Assembly: GCA_000934665.2 (NCBI GenBank)
Contig: JYFJ02001109.1
Coordinates: 62,001 to 91,207, forward strand
DNA from: Catajapyx aquilonaris
Lineage: Eukaryota
Direction: 5' to 3'
DNA length: 29,207 nucleotides
The notes beneath the pieces were generated by a model that worked only from the letters and a program-made list of their open reading frames with translations, was not told the origin of the DNA and did not search any database. Below, in pieces: positions 11,701-21,883 of this stretch. Positions within the stretch are counted from its first letter, which is position 1; each line of letters starts with the position of its first letter. Position numbers and translations under genes: made by a program.

Positions 11701-14661
11701 CCTGGTCCCAGTGGGTTTACCCCTCCGTACGATCCACAGGGGTGGGTACCGTACGTCATCACCCTCAACGCCGCGCCGTATCTTTATTGCTCTTGGAAGG
11801 AAAATATAGCCATACCGCTACGCTGTATGACCTACAATTTCTGCTTACAATATGAGCACTTTCCGCTTAAATTCTGCCGTTTCCACTTAAAATCTGGCCC
11901 TTCCACACATTTTCTAAACTAATATTATTTCAACTGAATGTTTATTAGTTAGTTTATTAGTTAGCTATTGGTTATGTTGGTTATATCCCATTGGGAGAAT
12001 CGGCGCTCCATTAGGGGGGTGGAGTACCACCATTGGATGGGGTCAATGATATGGAAGGAATTTGGCGGCTGTGGCCTATTATACGGAAACAACCCCGGAA
12101 TTATCCTGGGGGTGACCGTGGAAAACCCCAGAAAACCACAGTCAGGGTTGCCGACCCCTGGATTCGAACTCAGGACCTTCCGATTAGCAGTCGGGCTCCT
12201 TAACCACCACACCATTTATGTTGGTTATATTGGTTGGTTGGTTTGTTATATATTAGGTTAGTTAGTTAACTAATCTGGGTTAGTTTTATTCGTTAACTAA
12301 TCTGGGTTATTAATTAACTAATAATCTGGGTTATTAGCTCGTTTCTTAGTTTTATAAGTGAACTAATAGTTACTTCCTAAGTATTATTGATTAAACCATA
12401 TAACTATTAATTATAACCTATATTATAGCCATTAACTATATATAACTGCTGTATTGCACTATGATAAATCATGTTTTACTTATTTTAATCTTTATTATTT
12501 AATGCACGAATTCAACTGGCTAGAGCTGTTACTAAATATGTAAATGTGTCCTTCCACCTAATTATGAGGAAAAATTCTTCACAATTTAAGTGGAAATTGA
12601 CGAAAGACTGGTTGCACTAAACCAACTTAGAAATAAATATTAGACTAAACATATGCACTGAAAATTTATAATCCGAATTAAATATTTTCTACGTAACTGT
12701 TAATTTGAACTAATATAAACTAACTAATATAACAATCTTTAAAAGAAATAATAATCGCTGATCGAATCTTGCTTCAAGCATTGTTGTTCCCTTGCCCAAG
12801 GACCCAATCACGTCACGCCTGCATTTCCGCAATGCACGTAACGTGCAAAGGTATGTGCATAGCGAATAGATCATAGTTAAAAACCAGGCTATGAGACGGG
12901 CTACGCTCTCGAACAGTTGGCCAACCAATCACAGCCACATCCGCCTACCCCCCAAAAAATTGCAAAAAAAAAAAAAAAAAAAAAAAAAAAATTAGGTGGC
13001 CCCAATTAATAAACCGCGATGGAGAAATCGCCCTTTCTGATTGGTCATCTGGATATTTGTGCCCATAATTTTTGATTGATCAGCTGAAAAATCGTGCTTT
13101 TAATTTTTAACTATTACAAATCTAATAATGACTAGGCAGTTGAATTCCTGAATTAAAATTTTGGAATTTTTATAACGAAATTAAAAATAAAGCTGCATTT
13201 ATAATGTAATAGTTGCCAAGTATAATATAACATACCTCGTAGCTATAATGTAAATTATAATTAGTAGCTATAATGTAACTTATAATTAGTAGCTATAATG
13301 TAACTTATAATTAGTAGCTATAATGTAAGTTACCGTATAATTAATATCCATAATGCAAGTTACCATCTAATTAATAGCTATAATGTAGTATGTAGTTATA
13401 ATAGTTACAGTAAAATTACATTAAAATGTAATAATAGCTAGTTTAATTCGTGATTTAAAATTTGAGATTTTTTTACAACAAAAATTAAAATAAAACTGGA
13501 TTGTAATGTAATAGGTACACACTAATATAGTTTATACTTGTAGTTATAGCAGTTACTATATAGTTACGGTAAATATTCAGTTTTTAATAGCAGCTACGCA
13601 GTTGAATTCGTGAATTGAAACTTGATATTTGTTACCAATTTTAAAATAAATAAAACTCTATTACAGTGTAATATTGATAATAGTTACTAGTTACAATAGA
13701 GTTTATAGTTATAATAGTTACGACAGAAATTACGTTGTGAATTTAATAATAGCTACGCAGTTGAATTCGTGATGTAAAATTTGAAATTAAATCAAACTTG
13801 ATTATAATGTAATAGTTATAATAGTTTAGTTATAATAGTTACGGCAGAAATTACGCTGGGAATTTAACAATAGCTACGCAGTTGAATTCGTGACGTAAAA
13901 TTTGAGATTAAATAAAACTTGATTATAATGTAACTTATAATAGTTACGACAAAACTACGTTGCTGGGAATTAAATAATAGCTACAGTTATATTCGCGATT
14001 GAAATTTTGAGATTAAATCAAACTGGTTTATAATGTAATAGTTATGAGTTTATAGCTATAATAGTTACCAGCTGTAGTTTATAGTTGTAATAGTTACGAG
14101 CTGTAGTCTGTAGTTGTACGGTAATAGTTACGAGCTGCAGTTTGTAGTTGTAATAGTTTGTAGTTACATTGTCTAATAGTCATAATATAGTTTATAGATA
14201 TAATAGTTACGAGCTGCAGTCTGTAGTTGTAATAGTTTGTAGTTACATTATCTAATAGTCATAATATAGTTTATAGATATAATAGTTACGAGCTGCAGTC
14301 TGTAGTTGTAATAGTTTGTAGTTACATTATCTAATAGTCATAATATAGTTTATAGATACCGTATAGAAATAGTTACCGTACAATAGTTTATAGATATAAT
14401 AGTTACGGCATAATAGTTTATAATAATAGCTACAATACACTACTCTTTATAGCTACATTGTATACGATCCGATCACTGTTAAAACTAAATCGTACAACCA
14501 GATCACTATAGTGTCCACTTACTACTTCGTCCCTTAGGAGTGTCCTCGTAGTTGAACTCTGACCTCCTGGTCACAAACACCTCATCATCCTCCTCGATCG
14601 GCAATGGTGACAAACTGATCAACCTCGGAGGATCGGACGATCGTTCAAACCACCTCACCAT
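5744..14661 (-). CDS. Multi-exon gene for a two-PDZ-domain scaffold protein (Arc/PDZD2/pro-IL-16-like), 608 aa; join of complement(14523..14661, 11234..11601, 10275..10610, 9968..10218, 9294..9835, 6550..6685, 5744..5798)
   Basis: Seven exons assembled by hand with GT-AG sites and matching phases (1,0,0,2,1,2); total 1827 nt = 609 codons including TGA. PDZ1: ELGIFIAK...[33 protein letters not shown]2: [49 protein letters not shown]. The FCTLPRRP motif before PDZ2 and the SKSQSCGDL tail resemble insect Arc-like proteins (from recall, not a search). Confidence 0.88.
5820..6522. repeat. GATC-rich minisatellite filling the last intron
   Basis: 33-bp unit aatggggatcaatatgatcctaattaagatcaa repeated about 3 times, then degenerate gatcaa-based variants. 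Confidence 0.92.
6550..6685 (-). CDS. PDZ gene coding exon 6 (C-terminal half of PDZ2)
   Basis: Acceptor cttttacag|GG; reads [39 protein letters not shown]; donor AA|gtaagt. Confidence 0.92.
6811..8034. mobile_element. AT-rich TTGAGT/ACTCAA repeat array with CACTC...GAGTG ends; candidate non-autonomous CMC-type (CACTA/Transib-like) foldback element
   Basis: Starts CACTCTTAAAA and ends TTTTCGAGTG; internal motif is mostly ttgagt at left and actcaa at right; no TSD seen. Confidence 0.45.
8430..9228. repeat. GTTATAAC-based AT-rich minisatellite
   Basis: Recurring gttataac/ccagttataag with exact duplications of about 52 and 37 bp. Confidence 0.9.
9294..9835 (-). CDS. PDZ gene coding exon 5 (end of PDZ1, linker, N-terminal part of PDZ2)
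   Basis: Acceptor ttacag|G, donor G|gtgagg; GLGF motif of PDZ2. Confidence 0.92.
9968..10218 (-). CDS. PDZ gene coding exon 4 (N-terminal half of PDZ1)
   Basis: Follows a 56-bp intron with a ctaac branch point and ccaacag acceptor; donor AG|gtatgg. Confidence 0.88.
10275..10610 (-). CDS. PDZ gene coding exon 3 ([11 protein letters not shown]...SVQDEQ)
   Basis: Acceptor tttttttccccccag|GAG, donor CAG|gtatgt; same frame as ORF 10233..10586. Confidence 0.82.
10700..11225. repeat. Tandem repeat of about 120 bp containing AGGTCAAAGGTCA, filling a PDZ-gene intron
   Basis: Motif at 10710, 10828, 10957, 11078 and 11199; the last two units are nearly identical. Confidence 0.9.
11234..11601 (-). CDS. 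PDZ gene coding exon 2 (low-complexity Arg/Ser/Pro-rich)
   Basis: Acceptor ttcaccctag|GC, donor AGG|gtacgg; lies within ORF 11162..11668; GC-rich island in AT-rich flanks. Confidence 0.8.
11987..12215 (-). mobile_element. tRNA-derived SINE, copy 2, near full length with a 15-bp target-site duplication
   Basis: A-box-like GGTGGTTAAGG, arm CCGACTGCTAATCGG, B-box GAGTTCGAATCC; flanked by TTATGTTGGTTATAT at 11972-11986 and 12216-12230. Confidence 0.88.
13135..14440. repeat. AT-rich TAATAGTTA/TAGCTA composite satellite
   Basis: gttgaattcgtga units, 24-bp units (13240-13330) and 79-bp units (about 14120-14360). Confidence 0.88.
14523..14661 (-). CDS. PDZ gene coding exon 1 ([46 protein letters not shown]); absent from the ORF track
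   Basis: ATG at 14661; acceptor ctctttag just upstream (exon starts 14685, implying a further 5'UTR exon); donor A|gtaagt at 14522; phase 1 fits GC at the start of exon 2. Confidence 0.8.
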
Positions 14662-15399
14662 AGTAATAACAGTGGTGCCAACAACCTAAAGAGTCACCAA
14701 AGAAAAAGGGTCATCAGGTGAAAGCCAAAATCTATCCGTCCTACTTTTACATAGTGCTTCAGGCACTACTATAGATTGGAATGTTAGATACAGATTACGT
14801 TGCGAAAAAAAAGGGGGGCGCAATGGGCGGAACGAATTTCGACCCACCGTTATTCGGCCGTTTCCGCAATTGCAAATTATTTTTTTGGCTCATTATGAGT
14901 AACTGTGCTGAGTCATTGTCCGATATGTAAGTTACTTAATCACTTAATCACAATTTTGGGGGCTAATTGACCTAGGTCATGGTCACTAGGGGGGTCACCA
15001 CTGATGCACTTTTCCAACGTACCTTATGAGTCGTCACTACTCAACTGACCCCGACCAACTTGTTTCAAGACCTGCTGACTCTTATCTGAGTCTGCGTCTG
15101 GCAAATGGAAAGCCAGGATTGGCTGAGAAGTAGAGGGGGGGTTGCTGGGGGAGAGAGGTGGTTGCTGGGGGAGATAAACCTCTTATGAGGAAAATAGGGA
15201 AGAAGAAGCTTGAGGTTTACAGATTACGAGGAAAGGCTCTCTTCATCAGACCTTGAAGAAGGATTGACCTTGGATTTTGTGGTGATGTCATGTCAACAAT
15301 AGGGGGCAACAATAGGGGGGTTGGTATTTTGACGGTTAAAATAGTCATGCGTTTAAATCGTATTTTCCGTTTAAAATTGCTACATTATACATACCGGTA

Positions 15400-16020
15400 T
15401 ACAGAAAATAAGTTTTAACCGGAAAATGGCATTGATAAAATTTTAAGCGAAAGAAGCACAATTTTTCAGTGGAAATTATTGGAATTTCAAAATTTAAGAA
15501 TCAAGTGAAAAGAGCAGAATTTTTCAGTGGAAAATGACATTTTTCGAATTTTATTTTAAATTTTAAGCGAACGAAAGCCAAATTTTCAGTGGAAAATTTG
15601 CATTTTAAATTTGGATTTTAAATTTTAAGTTTCAAGAGAAAACAGCATAATTTTCAGTGGAAAATTGCATTTTAAATTTGAGTTTTAAATATTTTAAGCG
15701 AACGAAGCCAAATTTTCAGTGGAAAATTAGCGTTTTAAATTTTAATTTTTAATTTTAAGATAATGAAGCCAAATTTGTAGTGGAAAATTTTGCATTTTAA
15801 ATAATTGGATTTTAAATTCTAAGTCTCAAGAGAAAACATGAGAATTTTCAGTGGAAAATTGCATTTTAAATTTTTTGTTTTAAATTTTAAGCGAAAGAAA
15901 TGCAATTTTTTACTTGAACATTTGGATTTTAAATTTTAAGCCTCAAGCGAACATAAAGCAGCAGAATTTTAAGTGGAAAATTCAATTTTTAAATTTGGAT
16001 TTTAAATTTTAAGCGAAAGA
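15400..16020. repeat. AT-rich tandem repeat (about 60 bp) with a TTTTCAGTGGAAAATT core
   Basis: Recurring ttttcagtggaaaatt and ttttaagcgaa. Confidence 0.88.
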
Positions 16021-16261
16021 GGCCTTTAAACGGTGTAAATTAATGCCAATTTCAACTGAAATTATTGGTGTGTATGTGGCAAATTCTTCCGCTTAAATTT
16101 TCATCATAGCACTAGTAGGTGGAACATACTTCCACTTATTTTATTTCGCACTTTTCATCCGGTGTTTAAAAAAATTGTAGCTATTCTATATTATGTTGGT
16201 GGATTTTTTTTTCCATGATATGCATTGTAGAAATTCGTCTCAATAATTGTGTGCAAACGGA

Positions 16262-16692
16262 AAAATTTTCCACTTACATTGTTAAGGAATTTTTACACTG
16301 AATTGCGGAAGAAATGATTTCCACTGGATTGTTGACTGCTTCCCACTTACATTGTTAAGGAATTTTCCACTTACTTGTTAAGGAATATTTACACTGAATT
16401 GTTGACTGTTTTCCACTTACATTGTTAAGGAATTTTTCACTTACATTGTTAAAGAATTTTTCCACTTACATTGTTAAGGAATTTTCCACTTACATTGTTA
16501 AAGAATTTTTCCACTGAATTGCGGAAGAAATTCATGCCACTAAATTGATGACTGTTTTCCACTTACATTGTTAAGGAATCAGTTTTCCACTTACATTGTT
16601 AAGGAATTTTCCACTTACATTGTTAAGGAATTTTTACACTGAATTGCGGAATAAATTATTTCCACTGAATTGTTGACTGTTTCCCCCACTTA
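16262..16692. repeat. About 25-bp minisatellite TTCCACTTACATTGTTAAGGAAT
   Basis: About 10 near-exact units interleaved with cactgaattg variants. Confidence 0.92.
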
Positions 16693-17079
16693 CTGAACAC
16701 CTTATATGTTGACCCATGACCTTGAAAGTCTGGCCCGGATTTTTGTCAACAATGGTGTCGACCGCGTGTTTAATTGTTCCCCCATTGTCGTGTATCAGGC
16801 GACCCGTAGTTCTTTTCTGATCTTGATCCTAGATTAAGACTTCTTCATATCCGGTCAAACAGGTACCTAAGTACGGCGGATCTCACTGGTGGAAAGTGGG
16901 TTAAAAGGATGCAGGTCACTTCCCCACTTTCGTTTTCGTTTTCGGTTTTTCTTTCCCATTTATCGGTGAGCGGTGAAAGTTTTGCTGCCTTGAGATCTAC
17001 GGAAGTTAGTCGCATCTATTAGTGTCAATCTATAGGAACTATTCAAGGACGGCCTTGATTGGATGTTTGCTCAGATGGG

Positions 17080-18210
17080 ACCAGCGTGACCTTTGACCTT
17101 ATTAGCTATTTTAGCAATGTTTAACTCCTCCTGTTGTTGAACATGATACATCCTGTGATTACCACGCATTTTAATTGCTCCAATGCACATTGTTGATCCC
17201 GTGACCTTTGACCTGAGGACATTTTAAAAATGTTTAGCACCATCTGTACCGGTCGTTGAATATGATACATCCTGTGCTTACCTTGCCTGTTGACTTGCGG
17301 CTATCAGCACATTTTTGTAGCTATGACCTTTGACCGCAGTGTTTCGTGCTGAGTGTAAATATCCGGCTGGATTGCGTCTGAAAGGAAATGGCGACGTCAA
17401 ACTAACTTAATTATGGGCACAGATTAAACTCGTTATCGTCAGCTGATAAGGATTGCTTATAACAGGTGCAAGCGCCCCCCGTTTATAAACTTCGTAAGTG
17501 TTGATACCGTCGATAGATTGCGCTATTGAATTATAGTCCGATAGCAAGGTCAAAGGTCGGTGCTACGAAAGTGCTGCTCGATCAGTTTAATTGGTAAGAA
17601 GCACATGATTGAGATTCAATGACCTGTACGATTGATGTTAAACGTTTATCTCACATCAGGTCAAAGGTCAGCTGTAAAGGAAATTGACCAGCACAAATTA
17701 AGTATAATATTGAATTAATTTATAGCTGAATTTTAGTTAAATTTACCAACAATTTAGCGGCAAGAAAAATGGCAGAAGTAACGATCGGGCTTAAACGTCC
17801 AGGTCAAAGGTCACTGTGACAATAAATTGTGCTTGATATAAATTTAAACGTCATGTAAATACAGGATGTGTCATACGCAACCGACAATGTACAGGTGGTG
17901 CCAGATGCAACGACCTGGGCTAAAACACCCAGAATATTCATCATCAGGTCAAAGGTCAATGCTACAAAATGTGCCAGGTTAACACCAGGTAAGGACCGGG
18001 TGTATCATATGTAACCGGTAAGGTACAGGGTGTGCCAGATGTAACGACCTGGGCTAAAACATCCAGAATATTTATCATCAGGTCAAAGGTCAATGCTACA
18101 AAATGTGCCAGGTTAAATACCAGGTAAGGACCGATGGGATGGTTAGGCCCAAACGTTAACAAATTGTCGCATTGGTGACCTCTGAGCTGATGGGGTCAAA
18201 GGTCACCGAT
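17080..18210. repeat. AGGTCAAAGGTCA-containing repeat (about 115-145 bp) arranged as two inverted arms
   Basis: TGACCTTTGACC at 17087, 17202, 17324; GGTCAAAGGTC at about 17547, 17658, 17801, 17946, 18080, 18194. Confidence 0.75.
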
Positions 18211-19056
18211 ACAAAAAAAATTGCCCAGTATGTTTCACTAAACGTGTTCGTACGTTCTGACACACTATTTACGAACGTTCCACTATTTAAACTAGCTCCA
18301 CAGCCCCTTCTTTTTGAACCAAAATCCCCGGTCGATTGTCTTTGGAGCGTGTGAACAATTCCCGCGTTTACATAACCCCAAAATGACGACTTTGAAACAA
18401 TTCATAATTTCCTGCAACAAAAGGCACGAAATGTGAGCTGGTCACACGGAAATCAGGCCGTCAGATCAAGGAAAAGCGGAAATCCTTCTTAAATAGCGTG
18501 CAAAATCAACTCTCAAATTAGGAGCAGCACGCACTAACAATTAACTATTTTTTTTGGCAAATTGTTGCGAATTTTTTCCTGTTAACGTTTTGTTGTCACG
18601 GTTAGGTGGCGTAATTAGTTCTGTTATACAGTCAAAATAGTTTGGGCGGGGTCTTAATAGTGGTAATCTAGGTAAAAGTTGCCGCTTCAAGAGTAATGAG
18701 CGACCGTAAATTGCGATACTGTAAAGGACACATTGTCGCTCGATTTGGAACAATGCAAAGCTCATTATTAGCTGTAACAATATCCTGAAGCATGGGCGTG
18801 ACTCCTGAGCCCTAATCAATTATTGGACAGGATATTTAAATTTTTTTGCTGATTTAGTAATAGACGTTTATGTTGTTGTTTATTTCATATGTGATAATTT
18901 ATTAGCTATGTTATTTTCGAAGTATTTATTGTAGTTAGTGTACAGGTATTTGTTATTCAGTTGATGAATGCAATTGTTTTTCGATGTATGCCTATTTATG
19001 TAAGCGGTTATTTATATTATATTCATTTAGGATATTTAAAAATTATTTTAGAATAT

Positions 19057-19123
<67 letters not shown>
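19057..19123. repeat. (AAT)n microsatellite
   Basis: About 22 perfect AAT units. Confidence 0.97.
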
Positions 19124-19254
19124 TATTTATCAATCTAGCCATTTGTTCATTTATGTGTTGCTTATATTAATCCATTAAAGTAACTATTTAACTGCCCCTA
19201 TTGTTGCTTACTTTCCAAAAATGTGCTTCTAAGATGTTAATATAACATAATTAT

Positions 19255-19600
19255 AAGAGTTATAATAGTTATACAGTAGCTCATATAATAGTTATACAGT
19301 AGCTCATATAATAGTTATACAGTAGCTCATATAATAGTTATACAGTAGCTCATATAATAGTTATAATAGTTTCTTAATAGCTATAATATAGTTATGCAAT
19401 AGTTTATAATTTTTATAATAATGGTTGAGTATAATTACAGTTAGATAGTGTGGTTTTGTAATACGTATATAGTTATAATGTGGTTTTATAGTTTATGTTT
19501 ATAATATTATAATAGTTATAATATGGTTAGATAAAACGTACATATACCAAGTATAATGGTATGCGTGGTGGTAATACAGTTTATGAGCTATAATAATTGT
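19255..19600. repeat. AT-rich minisatellite (23-bp aatagttatacagtagctcatat x4, then degenerate)
   Basis: Directly visible tandem units. Confidence 0.85.
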
Positions 19601-20184
19601 TATTTTGATATATTTAGCTATTACATAATTTATTATGATATTTGTATTTAACGCTCTGTCCCTGCCCTCTTGTTAGTTTGTCCAAACCCATGACCCCCAT
19701 ATTGCTCCCATAGAAATTTGACTTATGGATTGTTGTCAAGTGTTGATGTTGAGGGCAAGGCACATTCCGCCTCTTGTAGGCAGCAGATAGTGACTTGGCC
19801 TTGGATGACCCCTCCCCACATACACACCTGTTCCGATGCAAAACACGACGTCATCATCATGAATGGCACGAGGGTCATAAATGGTAGTCTTCCTGGTACA
19901 TGAGACGTGTGTGTAACAATGGAAGGTGTTTTTTTTTCTGACATAAAAACCGGTGTTACCTTAGCCTCGAAACAATAAGGGTGGTATCGAGTGAAAGTTT
20001 TGTGGGATGGAATAAGAGAAAGTTTTGTTTAGTTGGAGAGTTATGTCATTTACATGTGAGAAAGGCACGTGTATACCGCCCTGCTGTCACTATCAGGATG
20101 TGATTTACTGCCTGTCAAAACGTTAAATCGTAAGTGTAGTAACAATAGATAAAGGGTGTCACTTGTGGCGTCACTATTAGCACG

Positions 20185-21200
20185 GCTGATCACAGGTCAT
20201 TGGTAGTTTCACATGTTGGGACATCAGACACTACTTTAAGACTGGAGAGTTGCTAGTTTTCATTAGTTTCTTCCAGGAGGTCAAAGGTCATTGTTGGGTA
20301 TATTATGGCCTGATGTGACATAAGCACTATTTTCAGGCTGAAGAGTTGCAAGTTTTCCAAAGTTTGTGAATTACTATAGTTAATAGTTACCCATTAGAAG
20401 TGGTTCTGTCCAAGGCGGATCAGTGGTCAAAGGTCATTGTTAGTTTCCTCGTTAGTTTCACTGCACGGCCTGTTGCTAGTTTGCATTGAATTATTCTGGT
20501 AAATAGTACGGTTTTTCACATTCAAGCGGTTTTGTCTTAAGTTGATCAGAGGTCAAAGGTCACGGTTAGTTTTATTATGGCGTGATGGGCCTAACATTAC
20601 TTTAAGGCTGGATAGTTGCTAGTTCTCATTAGTTTTATGAATTACTGGGGTAAATAGTACTGTATACTAATTTACTAGCGGTTTTGTCCAATGGTGATCA
20701 GAGGTCAAAGGTTATTGTTAGTTTTTATAACGGGCTGATATAATATTGGCACTCCGGCTGCTAATCGGGAGGTCCTGGGTTCGAATCCCGGGGCCGTCGA
20801 TCCTGACCGTAGTTTTCTGTGGTTTTCCACCCTCCCCCGGATAATTCCGGGATCGCTTCCATGTAATAGGCCACAGACGCTTCCTTCCTTCCCTATCCTT
20901 GGTCCCATTCAATGGTGGTACTCCACCCCCCTAATGGGGAGCCGATTCTCCCAATAATGGGGTATAAATAAATAAAATAAATAAATAAATATTGACACTA
21001 CTTTAAGGCTGGGTAGTTGCTGGTTTTAATTAGGTGAATGAATTACTGGCGTACATAGTACTATTTACTAATTTACTATCAGTTTTGTCTAAGACTGACC
21101 AGAGGTGAGAGGTCATGTTTCACCCGTTATGGCGCCAGCACTGTTTAACCCCAAATACTTATTAGTTTGAAAGTTGCTACTTTTCCTCATTAAACTGCGG
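20185..21200. repeat. Degenerate tandem repeat with GAGGTCAAAGGTCA and CTACTTTAAGGCTGG..AGTTGCT cores, interrupted by SINE copy 3
   Basis: Motif variants at 20278, 20424, 20550, 20702 and about 21102. Confidence 0.8.
20749..20987 (+). mobile_element. tRNA-derived SINE, copy 3, with a (TAAA)n tail, inserted in a tandem repeat
   Basis: GGGTTCGAATCCC B-box; same body and tail; AATATTG on both sides (20742-20748, 20988-20994) as a likely TSD. Confidence 0.85.
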
Positions 21201-21883
21201 TGATAGTCCACTCAGATTTACTTGCAGTTTCATCCAAGGCAACAATGAATAATTAGCACCAGCAGCGTACAGTATTCATAATTAACAGGCTGTCCAAAAG
21301 TAGTTTTCCACACCCCTACCCACATCAATAAGTCAACACTTTAAATAGTAATGAGCGAACTAAATGTAGTGTCTCACTAATAATTGAACGTGTGGTATGC
21401 TTATTTATACAGTAGTTTATTTTGAAGTTTTCTATAGTCAATAATGCAGGCAGGAATAGTGCGACCTAGATAGTGATCAGCATCGCAATGCGGAACAAAA
21501 GTAGTTCGGCCCCTTGCGAAAGGGGGCAGGTTGGCAGTCGGCACCAGCGACATCTGTTGTTTACACTGAAACAAATACAGTACTGTATCCATTATAAACA
21601 GTGTAACTACCATTATTACTACTGGACGGTAGTGATACATTATTCTTCACAAAATGAGTACATCTGCGGGCATGAGCCAGAATATCGAACTCCGTGGGCC
21701 ATTTCCAGGAAATGTATCAACAATCGGATTGCCAAATTCTTACATCTGATTATTTCGACACATTGGCAAGGTCTTGGTGTGGAAATGGGTGCAATACTGC
21801 AATTAGGTATTGAACAAAGTTGAGGGATGTGGGTGCATGTGGGGGACGAATGTACTTGAGCCACGTCAGTGTGTATGTGAAAC

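Noticed and set aside
12150..12215. Functional tRNA gene
   Set aside because: No intact acceptor stem; it continues into a SINE body and is flanked by a TSD.
12964..12991. Poly(A) tract as a retrocopy tail
   Set aside because: No recognisable upstream element or TSD.
16262..16692. CRISPR-like look of about 25-bp repeats with intervening sequence
   Set aside because: Units are mostly contiguous, the intervening pieces are themselves repeats, no cas genes are present and the context is eukaryotic.
18961..19170. Poly-Asn ORF
   Set aside because: Arises from the (AAT)n microsatellite.
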